From Candidatus Latescibacterota bacterium (GTDB lineage Bacteria > Latescibacterota > UBA2968 > UBA8231): a stretch of DNA of 64,000 nucleotides. Positions 29,405 through 36,982 of this stretch are shown piece after piece (the first letter of the stretch is position 1; every line of letters begins with the position of its first letter). The notes beneath the pieces are model-generated. The model searched no databases, was not told the DNA's origin, and saw only the letters and a list, made by a program, of their open reading frames with translations. A program made the position numbers and the translations under genes. The stretch covers positions 1,248,001 through 1,312,000 of the forward strand of contig CBDCSU010000006.1 of assembly GCA_965221775.1 (NCBI GenBank). Reading direction: 5' to 3'.

Positions 29405-30447
29405 GCGATCCTGTCCTTTGGGTGGAGCTGGTGATGCTGTCGGCATTGCTGACGGCGGGCCTCTGTGCCGCCTACACGGACCTCCGGCTCCAGCGGGTGC
29501 CCAACCGCTATACCCTGACGCTTCTCGCGATCGGCGTGGCCGGGCAGGCGGCGATGGTGGGACTGGGCGTGGGCGGCTGGAACCAGGTTGCCGGGATCCT
29601 CCTGCTGGGCCTGGCCCTGGCCCTGCTGCTGACGCTGACCGGCGTCTGGTTGCCGGGCGACGCCAAGATGTACTGGGCGGCCGTGGCGGCCCTGCCACCA
29701 AGCCTGTGCCCGGTGGGAGAATGGGTCTCCTTGGAGACCCCGCCGGCAGCACTCATGGTCAACGCCTTGGTCGCTTACGTCGCCGTGCTGCTGGCGGTGG
29801 TGGCTTGGCGGCAACGTCGGTGGGGGACGCTCAAAGGCCAGCGGGAGCAGTGGCTGCAGGCCGCCGCCGGGTTGGGAGGATTGCTCGGCTTGGCCCTGAG
29901 CTTCGCCCATCTCGTGCTCAACCGGCCCCTGAGCTACTTGGAGGCCTTCGTGTTCCTCGTTGTCGGATACCGGCTGCTGGAGTGGGGCCTGAAGCCGGAA
30001 AGGCGTCCCGTGGTGGTGATCCCCGGCCTGGCGGCTCTCGCGCTGCTGGCCGTGACGACCGGCGGCTGGAAGGACTATGCCCTGATCTGGGGGGCGGCGT
30101 GGCTGGTCGAGTTGGCCTTTCAGCAGGTGCGGCACTCGGGCGGGCGCGCCTTCGGGTACGAAGTGCCGGTGGGGCGGCTGCAGTCGGCTGCGGTCCTGCG
30201 GCACCGGATGGTCCTGACCGGGGACGATGGGGCGGAAGTGATCTGGGAGAGCGGGGAGAGCCTCGACCAGGAAGGGGTGGAACTGCTGCAGAAGTGGGCG
30301 GCCTCCGGCGACCTCCCCGGCACGGTGGAGCTGACCCGGGCCATGCCCTTCGTGCCCTTCCTCGTCGCCGGCGGGCTGGCCACCGCCGCCTTCGGCGGCC
30401 ATCTGGCCCCGCCCTTGAGGGCGTTGATTGCATGGCTCAATGGATGA
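29395..30447 (+). CDS. A24 family prepilin/preflagellin-type aspartic peptidase with an extended C-terminal domain
   Basis: AYTDLRLQRVPN (first Asp), LPGDAKM (GD.K second Asp), about 9-10 TM segments, terminal MPFVPFLVAG. Confidence 0.82.
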   Translation: MSIGDPVLWVELVMLSALLTAGLCAAYTDLRLQRVPNRYTLTLLAIGVAGQAAMVGLGVGGWNQVAGILLLGLALALLLTLTGVWLPGDAKMYWAAVAALPPSLCPVGEWVSLETPPAALMVNALVAYVAVLLAVVAWRQRRWGTLKGQREQWLQAAAGLGGLLGLALSFAHLVLNRPLSYLEAFVFLVVGYRLLEWGLKPERRPVVVIPGLAALALLAVTTGGWKDYALIWGAAWLVELAFQQVRHSGGRAFGYEVPVGRLQSAAVLRHRMVLTGDDGAEVIWESGESLDQEGVELLQKWAASGDLPGTVELTRAMPFVPFLVAGGLATAAFGGHLAPPLRALIAWLNG

Positions 30448-30551
30448 ATTCGCACCCCTGCGGCTCAGAGAGGAGGTACATGGCGCCAGCAGGGCGGAAT
30501 GGAAGAGTCGGAGATCAACGCAGTTCACCTTCCCAGAGGGAGGAATGAGAC

Positions 30552-30851
30552 ATGTTCATGCAGATTCGCACTTTTCTCGTCGGCTTCATCGCCAGCGAGG
30601 AAGGCCTCAAGAAGCAGGCGATCCTGCCCGTGGCCTGGGTCGGTGCCGTGCTGATGGCTGCGGCCGTCGTGCTGAACATGCCCGACAAGGCGCAGGCCAG
30701 CACCTATTGTTGGGCCGCTTGGTGCCCCGACACTAGCCCAGCTGTCAACTGCAACAATGCGTGTGAGGACAGTTGCGACATAGCGTGGGGCACATGCCTC
30801 TACTATGGTTCATCGGGACAGAAGCGTTGCCGGTGTAAGGACGGGTCGTAG
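30552..30851 (+). CDS. Precursor peptide: Flp-pilin-like leader, hydrophobic segment and 8-Cys defensin-like core
   Basis: GGAGG SD 8 nt upstream; leader FLVGFIASEEG, hydrophobic AILPVAWVGAVLMAAAVVL, AQA-S site; core Cx4Cx8Cx3Cx3Cx6Cx10CxC with GTC and CRC. Confidence 0.75.
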   Translation: MFMQIRTFLVGFIASEEGLKKQAILPVAWVGAVLMAAAVVLNMPDKAQASTYCWAAWCPDTSPAVNCNNACEDSCDIAWGTCLYYGSSGQKRCRCKDGS

Positions 30852-31858
30852 TTCACCTGTGTGCTGATGCGTTGCGCGTCTGACCTGCATCAGCAAGATC
30901 CTGGGAGCGGGGGCATGGCCCTCGCTCCCTCTTGCGTGGAGATGAACATCATGCGTTTCGGTATTTCCTGCCTGCTGGTCTGTCTCGCCGCCCATGTATT
31001 CGCCCACGCCGGCGACGAGATCTACCCCTTCCTCGAGTTGCTCGACGAGGACCTTGCTCGCATCGACCTGACCGACGGCAGCGTCGAGGACTGGTACGAG
31101 GTCCTCGGCGAGCCCTCGCTGGTGGCCAGCGATTTCTATTGGGTGAACTATGACTACGATCCCGCGGAATTGGACTTCCGCATCTGGCTCGCCTGGCACC
31201 AGGCCAGCAACACCGTCTGGATCGCCATGGAGCGCTTCGACGACCTCTACTTCAACCGCTACGACGGGGGCGGACCCAGCTGGATGGTGCGGTGGGACTC
31301 CAGCATCGCCTTCCTGGTCGACGGAGACCACACCGCCGGGCCGTACAGCCAACCGCTCGGGCTCGACTGCAAGTATTGCACGCCTGAGCGGATTCTTGCC
31401 CGCAACCGTCAGGCGCAACGGTGGATGGCGATTGCCGAGGCGCCCGATGGCGAGATCCTGGACTACGACGGCTTCAGCGAGTGGGTGGTCCGGGAACCGT
31501 ACGCCCTCGCCGGCAGCGGCGTCATCGGCCAGAGCCCGGCGACCACGGTCGTCGAGTTCAAGGTGACGCCCTTCGACGATCTCATCTACGACGACGAGGA
31601 CGCCTCCGAGGTCTCGCAACTCCGCCCTGGCAAGATCATCGGGTTTACCATGAGGACGAACGACAACGACGCGACGGAGTACAAGGACGGATCGGGGCCG
31701 GCGATACAGCTCTCCCTCGGCCCCGAGGTGTCGCGCCTGAGGTACAACGCCTCTCTCTTCGTCGACGGCCTGCTGGTCGGCGCCGGAGAAGACCCCTCCA
31801 GCTACGACGACGTTTCCGCCGTGGAGCCGTCCTCCTGGGGACGCATCAAGGCCGCCCT
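30801..31858 (+). repeat. Tandem duplication unit 1 (peptide-gene 3' end, spacer and secreted-protein gene)
   Basis: Colinear with 31888-32932, from tactatggttcatcgggacagaagcgttgccggtgt to atcaaggccgccct. Confidence 0.9.
30903..30929 (+). terminator. GC hairpin downstream of the peptide gene (possible terminator or stabilising stem); recurs at about 31970-31996
   Basis: gggagcggggg-catg-gccctcgctccc inverted repeat followed by a weak T tract. Confidence 0.35.
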
Positions 31859-31874
31859 GCGGGTGCGTCCCTGA
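30951..31874 (+). CDS. Secreted acidic protein, possibly CBM9/DOMON-like fold, with C-terminal SWGxxK motif (copy 1)
   Basis: Signal peptide ending VFA-H; DGSVEDW, FRIWLAW, VEFKVTPF, GKIIGF..NDND; tail SAVEPSSWGRIK. Confidence 0.75.
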   Translation: MRFGISCLLVCLAAHVFAHAGDEIYPFLELLDEDLARIDLTDGSVEDWYEVLGEPSLVASDFYWVNYDYDPAELDFRIWLAWHQASNTVWIAMERFDDLYFNRYDGGGPSWMVRWDSSIAFLVDGDHTAGPYSQPLGLDCKYCTPERILARNRQAQRWMAIAEAPDGEILDYDGFSEWVVREPYALAGSGVIGQSPATTVVEFKVTPFDDLIYDDEDASEVSQLRPGKIIGFTMRTNDNDATEYKDGSGPAIQLSLGPEVSRLRYNASLFVDGLLVGAGEDPSSYDDVSAVEPSSWGRIKAALRVRP

Positions 31875-31938
31875 GCTGGGCCTCTGCTACTATGGTTCAT
31901 CGGGACAGAAGCGTTGCCGGTGTCAGGACGGGTCGTAA
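31864..31938 (+). pseudogene. 5'-truncated variant copy of the Cys-rich peptide core
   Basis: Reads CVPELGLCYYGSSGQKRCRCQDGS* versus CDIAWGTCLYYGSSGQKRCRCKDGS* in the intact gene. Confidence 0.75.
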
Positions 31939-32932
31939 TTCACCTGTGTGCTGATGCGAGCAAGATCCTGGGAGCGGGGGCAAGGCCCTCGCTCCCTCTT
32001 TCGTGGAGATGGAACATCATGCGTATCGGTATTTCCTGCCTGCTGGTCTTTCTCGCCGCCCGTGTCTTCGCCCACGCCGGCGACGAGATCTACCCCTTCC
32101 TCGAGCTGCTCGACGAGGACCTGGACCGCATCGACCTGACCGACGGCAGCGTCGAGGACTGGTACGAGGTCCTCGGCGAGCCCTCGCTGGTGGCCAGCGA
32201 CTTCTATTGGCTGAACTATCACTACGATCCCTCGGAATTGGACTTCCGCATCTGGCTCGCGTGGCACCAGGACAGCAATACCATCTGGATCGCCATGGAG
32301 CGCTTCGACGACCTCTACTTCAACCGCTACGACGGGGGCGGACTCAGCTGGATGTGGCTTTGGGATTCCAGCATCGCCTTCCTGGTCGACGGCGGCCACA
32401 CCGCCGGGATGTACGGCGAGTGGGTCGGGGCCGAGCGCGACTGCGAGACATGCACGCCCGAGCGGGTTCTTTCCCACAACCGTCAGGCGCAGCGGTGGAT
32501 GGCGATTGCCGAGGCACCCGATGGCGAGATCCTGGACTACGACGGCTTCAGCGAGTGGGTGGTCCGGGAACCGTACGCCCTCGCGGGCAGCGGCGTCATC
32601 GGCCGGAGCCCGGCGACCACGGTCGCCGAGTTCAAGGTGACGCCCTTCGACGATCTCATCTGGGACGACGAGGATGCCTCCGAGGTCTCGCAACTCCGCC
32701 GTGGCAAGATCATCGGGTTCACCATGACCACGAACGACAACGACGCCACGGAGTACCCGGACGGATTGGGGCCGGCGATCCAGCTCTCCCTCGGCCCCGA
32801 GGTGTCGCGCCTGAGGTACAACGCCTCTCTCTTCGTCGACGGCCTGTTGGTCGGCGCCGGAGAAGACCCCTCCAGTTACGACGACGTTTCCGCCGTGGAG
32901 CCGTCCTCCTGGGCGCGCATCAAGGCCGCCCT
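31888..32932 (+). repeat. Tandem duplication unit 2
   Basis: Colinear with 30801-31858, with scattered substitutions and short indels. Confidence 0.9.
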
Positions 32933-32939
32933 CAAGTAG
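32019..32939 (+). CDS. Secreted acidic protein, paralogue of 30951-31874 (copy 2)
   Basis: Near-identical sequence; tail SAVEPSSWARIKAALK. Confidence 0.78.
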   Translation: MRIGISCLLVFLAARVFAHAGDEIYPFLELLDEDLDRIDLTDGSVEDWYEVLGEPSLVASDFYWLNYHYDPSELDFRIWLAWHQDSNTIWIAMERFDDLYFNRYDGGGLSWMWLWDSSIAFLVDGGHTAGMYGEWVGAERDCETCTPERVLSHNRQAQRWMAIAEAPDGEILDYDGFSEWVVREPYALAGSGVIGRSPATTVAEFKVTPFDDLIWDDEDASEVSQLRRGKIIGFTMTTNDNDATEYPDGLGPAIQLSLGPEVSRLRYNASLFVDGLLVGAGEDPSSYDDVSAVEPSSWARIKAALK

Positions 32940-33029
32940 CCAGGTTCAAGGGTTCACAACAACCCGGCGGCTGTCGCCCGCTCCCCCGCTCGTTAGCTTT
33001 GTCAACCCCTTGCAGACAGGAGGCAACCT

Positions 33030-33989
33030 ATGTACGCGGGAGTGCAGGGCATCGGCACGAGCCGTCACGAGTTGCAGTTCCTCGTGCGCCACGGCGTCAC
33101 CCACATGGACGCCAGCGTCGAGGACAACGAGGTCGACACGCTGACGCGCCACCGCGAGGAGGCGGCGGCCGAGGGCGTGGAGCTGGAGATGATCCACATC
33201 GGCCTGCCCCGAAGCATAACCCTGGCGCGGGACCCGGAGCGGGACCGCGACCTCGACGAGGTCTGCCGCTGGATCGAGAACGCGGGGCGCGCCGGACTGC
33301 GCGGGCTCAACTACAACTTCTGCGTCCTCAACCACCAGCGGACGCCGTCCACCCCCGGCCGGGGCGGGACCTCGTACAGCACCTTCCGGCTGTCGGAGTT
33401 CGACAACGACAGCCTCTCCGAGGCCGGCGAGGTGAGTCGCGACGAGTGCTTCGAGCGGGCCCGGTACTTCCTCGAGCGGGTCATCCCGGTGGCCGAGGAG
33501 TACCGGGTGCAGATGGCCTGCCACCTCGACGACCCGCCGGCGCCGGTGCTGCGCGGCGTCGAGCGCTGGAACTGGCCGGTCATGGAGGGCCTGACGCGCT
33601 TCAGCGAGCTGGTGGAGAGCGACTACCACGGCTTCAACTTCTGCTGCGGCGTCGCCTCCGAGGGGCTGGAGGACCCGGGCCGGGAGCTGTACGACATCGT
33701 GCGCCGCTTCGGCCAGCTCAGGAAGCTGTTCAACATCCACTTCCGCAACATCAAGGGAGGCCTGCACGACTTCCAGGAGGTCTGGCCAGACGAGGGCGAT
33801 GTCGACATGCACGAGGTGGCCCGGGTGCTGCACGAGGTCGGCTACCCGTACATGCTGATGCCGGATCACGCCCCCGGTCATCCGGACGACCCGGCCCCGC
33901 CGGGCGTCTCCGGGCGGGTGCGCCAGGCCTGGGCCTTCCAGTTCGGCTACATCACCGCCATGGTGCAGGCGGTCTCGAAGGAGAGCTGA
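33030..33989 (+). CDS. uxuA: Mannonate dehydratase (UxuA) family protein
   Basis: LNYNF, FLERVIPVAEE..V.MACHLDDPP, FCCG, IHFRN, DEGDVDM, LMPDHAP. Confidence 0.75.
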   Translation: MYAGVQGIGTSRHELQFLVRHGVTHMDASVEDNEVDTLTRHREEAAAEGVELEMIHIGLPRSITLARDPERDRDLDEVCRWIENAGRAGLRGLNYNFCVLNHQRTPSTPGRGGTSYSTFRLSEFDNDSLSEAGEVSRDECFERARYFLERVIPVAEEYRVQMACHLDDPPAPVLRGVERWNWPVMEGLTRFSELVESDYHGFNFCCGVASEGLEDPGRELYDIVRRFGQLRKLFNIHFRNIKGGLHDFQEVWPDEGDVDMHEVARVLHEVGYPYMLMPDHAPGHPDDPAPPGVSGRVRQAWAFQFGYITAMVQAVSKES

Positions 33990-34010
33990 CGGCGGCGGAC
34001 CCGAGCCGCG

Positions 34011-35840
34011 TCACCTCGAGGCCGGCCCGAGGCGGAACAGGCGGCCGTCTCCGGCGCCTAGGGTGAGGGTCAGCTCGCCCGTCGCCGCCGCATGGCCGGC
34101 GACCGGTTGCGGCCGGCCGGTCTGCTTGGAGATCTCCCGCAGGTCGTGTGCCGGCTCCCGGAACCTCACCACGAACGTCGCCGGATCGATGAAGTCCCGG
34201 TTCACCACCATCAGGTAGTCCAGACCATCGGCGGCGGACCTGAACTCGCCCACCAGCCCCATTCCCCCGCTGATGGACGCCACGAGCCGCGACTCCCCGA
34301 GGGGGCGGGTCAGCGGCGGCACCGGCTTCGTGTGGTACACGCCCGTCGACTCGAGCCGCAGCAGCGCCGGCGCCAGGGACAGGACCTCGCCGTTGAGGTA
34401 CTTCAACATCGAGTAGTGCCGGGTCCGCGTGCCGTCGCGGTTGATGACCATGTCCTCCCAGTTGGTCCAGTGGCCGTAGGGGATCTCCGTCAGGTAGGTG
34501 AACCAGCCCAGCGAGCGGGCCCCGTACGCGAGGGTGGTGAAAGCCTGAAAGCGCAACTCCCCTTCGCTGGCCCCGCGCACCGGCCCGAAGGACCCCACGG
34601 AGACGATCACCCCGAACTCCACGTCCGCCTCGAGAGCACGGCGGCGCACGATCTCCAGGTTGGGGAAGTAGTCCCCTTCGCGGTTGGGGCTGTACCAGCT
34701 GTCGGCGTGCAGGCGCGGGTCCCGGCCGACCATGCAGTAGTGGTCATAGGTGAACAGCGACGGCTTCACCATCTCCAGGAAGGTCCGGACGTGGTGGTCG
34801 TACTCCTCCGGATCGCCGTGGAAGTCGTCGGCGTACGTGGGGAACAGGACCACCCAGTATCCCTTGGAGGGCGCCAGCCGCCGGACCCGTTCCTGTTCCC
34901 GGGCGAGGCGCGGGAACTCCTTCTCCCCGGGCTCGCTGGCCCCGCCCAGCCACCACACCCGCGGATCGCTCTCCGCCGCGGCCATCCTGGCGTCGTCGAG
35001 CTCGCCGAGGGGGCGGTACTTCACCCCGAAACCGGCGTATTCATCCAGCTCCAGATTGATGTTGAAGTTCGCCACGGCGTACTCGGCATGGTACTGGTCC
35101 GTGTCCATGCCCTCGTACTGGTCCGCGGGGCTGCCCGGGGTCAGCCAGCCGTAGATGGGGAAGAAGTCCTCGTCGGCCACCTCGACGATGGAGAACTCCT
35201 CCTCGTAGTCCCGGATCGTGCCCGGCCGCAGCGAGAAGTCGTCCAGACGCAGCCGACCGCCCACCCACCGCCGGGCGACGACGACCTGCAGGGCCCGCGC
35301 GCCCTCGGGCGGACGCACCTGCTGGAAGAACTCGATCCAGCGGTCCTGGGTCTCCGGCAGCACGATCTCGAAGGAACCGACCTTCTCCTCTCCGTCGTCC
35401 AGCCAGTCGCCGCTGAGGGAGACCCCGTCGGCGTCGATCCAGCGTTCGTTCGTGGTGACGCCCCGGCTCGTGGACGCGTAGTAGCCTTTGAAGAGGTAGT
35501 CCCGGTCCGCGGCGACGGGGAAGACCGGGCTGCGCAGGGTGGTCACCGACATCGGCGTCCCGGGCTGGATCTCCAGGCAGGTGCCGGTGCCGTCGCGGCC
35601 GGGCGCCAGCCTGCCGATGCGCACCTGGGTCAGCGGCTGGTTCCAGGATTCGACACTCCAGCCCGCGGGCAGGTCGCCGCTGAACTCGTCGAATCCGGGA
35701 TTCGGGAAGTGGTTCTCCGCCCCCTGGGCCGCGGTGCCGCCGCCGGAGACCAGGATGGCCGCCAGGCCCGCGGCCCCGGGCAGCGATCTCACGCTGATTC
35801 TCCGGGCGGCCGCCAGCAGCTCCCACAAGGGCGACTTCAT
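34011..35840 (-). CDS. Secreted protein: carbohydrate-binding-like N-terminal module plus putative glycoside hydrolase-like domain
   Basis: Signal-like N-terminus; NHFPNPGFDE...LPAGW, LRLDDFSL; EPG..F, FTYDHY, LRFQAFTTLAYGARSLGWFTY. Confidence 0.6.
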   Translation of the reverse strand: MKSPLWELLAAARRISVRSLPGAAGLAAILVSGGGTAAQGAENHFPNPGFDEFSGDLPAGWSVESWNQPLTQVRIGRLAPGRDGTGTCLEIQPGTPMSVTTLRSPVFPVAADRDYLFKGYYASTSRGVTTNERWIDADGVSLSGDWLDDGEEKVGSFEIVLPETQDRWIEFFQQVRPPEGARALQVVVARRWVGGRLRLDDFSLRPGTIRDYEEEFSIVEVADEDFFPIYGWLTPGSPADQYEGMDTDQYHAEYAVANFNINLELDEYAGFGVKYRPLGELDDARMAAAESDPRVWWLGGASEPGEKEFPRLAREQERVRRLAPSKGYWVVLFPTYADDFHGDPEEYDHHVRTFLEMVKPSLFTYDHYCMVGRDPRLHADSWYSPNREGDYFPNLEIVRRRALEADVEFGVIVSVGSFGPVRGASEGELRFQAFTTLAYGARSLGWFTYLTEIPYGHWTNWEDMVINRDGTRTRHYSMLKYLNGEVLSLAPALLRLESTGVYHTKPVPPLTRPLGESRLVASISGGMGLVGEFRSAADGLDYLMVVNRDFIDPATFVVRFREPAHDLREISKQTGRPQPVAGHAAATGELTLTLGAGDGRLFRLGPASR

Positions 35841-36982
35841 TCGGATTCTCCGGGCAGCCGCCAGCGGCTCCACAGGAAGGCGCACTTGTCCCGCGGCGTT
35901 GCCGGCTTCTGGTAGTAGGCGGTGAAGATGCTGCCGTCGTCGAGCTCGACGCTGGAGGGGTAGCCCAGGTCGCTGTCGGGTCCGTCGTCGCGCAGGATGT
36001 AGTCGTACTCCCAGGTGGCGCCGCCGTCGCGGCTGATCATGACGCGCTCGCCGAAGGGCTCGCGGCGGCGTCCGTAGGCGCAGACGAGAGCGCCGCTCGA
36101 GTGCACCATCAGGTGCGGCGGACAGCCGTGGAAGTCCATCGGCTCGGCGCGCGTCCAGGTGCGGCCGCCGTCGCTCGACTCCGTGTACATGTGCATGAAG
36201 TCCTGCAGGCCCAGGTCCTCCGGGTCGACGCCGCCGCCGCGCTCGAAGCGGATCAAGCCAACCAGCTTGCCGTCGGGCAGCTCGGCCACGTGGGCCTCGT
36301 GGTAGTTGTTCTCGGTGGAGCCCTCGAAGAGGGGCACCGTCCCCAGGGGCTGCCAGGTGCGGCCGCCGTCGTCGCTGCGGGTGGCCACGATGGCGCCCAC
36401 GCCGCCCTTGAAGCCGGCCATGTCGGTCTCGAAGAGCTTGCCCAGGAAGAGCAGCCCGCCGGCGCGCAGCCGGGTCGGCCCGTGGGGCGTGGTCTGCGGC
36501 ACCTTGATCGGCCCGGACCAGGTCTCGCCGGCGTCGTCGCTGATGCGGCACCAGGCGCCCACCCAGCGGGCGGCGTTGTCGTCGTCGATGCGGGCGATCC
36601 CCTCCTGCCAGCGGGCCCGGGTGGCGGCGTCGATCCCCTGCATCCGTTTCTCCGCCGAGGCCCGCAGGTCGGTGGTGAACCAGGTCAGCAGCAGACGCTC
36701 GCCGCCGCAGCTCACCAGGCCGGTGTCGCGGTCGTCGAGGGGGGAGTCGTTCACCACCCGGGGGCTCGTCCAGCTCCGCCCCTCGTCGGTGCTGCGCATG
36801 AACACGCTGCGCCCGAAGGGGCAGACGTGGTGGTTGCGCAGCCCCGAGGCGGCGGCCACCAGGGTGCCGTCGGGCATGCGGGCCACCGTGGGCCAGCCGA
36901 AGTAGCCGTAGAAGTCGTCGGGGTAGCTGGCGATGACGCCGTGCTCGGCGGGAATGACGGAGTCTCTGCGGATGAGGTTCAT
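35837..36982 (-). CDS. Sialidase/BNR-repeat protein
   Basis: YFGWPTV; Asp boxes STDEGRSW, SDDAGETW, SDDGGRTW, SSDGGRTW, SRDGGATW; DLGYPSSVEL. Confidence 0.85.
   Translation of the reverse strand: MNLIRRDSVIPAEHGVIASYPDDFYGYFGWPTVARMPDGTLVAAASGLRNHHVCPFGRSVFMRSTDEGRSWTSPRVVNDSPLDDRDTGLVSCGGERLLLTWFTTDLRASAEKRMQGIDAATRARWQEGIARIDDDNAARWVGAWCRISDDAGETWSGPIKVPQTTPHGPTRLRAGGLLFLGKLFETDMAGFKGGVGAIVATRSDDGGRTWQPLGTVPLFEGSTENNYHEAHVAELPDGKLVGLIRFERGGGVDPEDLGLQDFMHMYTESSDGGRTWTRAEPMDFHGCPPHLMVHSSGALVCAYGRRREPFGERVMISRDGGATWEYDYILRDDGPDSDLGYPSSVELDDGSIFTAYYQKPATPRDKCAFLWSRWRLPGESE

Noticed and set aside
30471-30548. AGGAGGT followed by a 22-codon ORF (MAPAGRNGRV...REE*) just upstream of the peptide gene, inside a loose inverted repeat
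   Set aside because: The SD-ATG spacing is only 2-3 nt and the peptide is featureless, so it cannot be supported as a leader peptide or structured RNA without conservation data
30552-30851. Interpretation as an ordinary Flp/Tad pilin
   Set aside because: It lacks the +5 Glu-Tyr, has basic residues right after the Gly, carries an AQA signal-peptidase site and an 8-Cys domain, and no Tad genes are in the window
30801-32932. Possible diversity-generating retroelement template/variable repeat pair (also considered for 18942-22844)
   Set aside because: No reverse transcriptase is present, and the differences are not adenine-specific; the 30.8-32.9 kb pair also has indels
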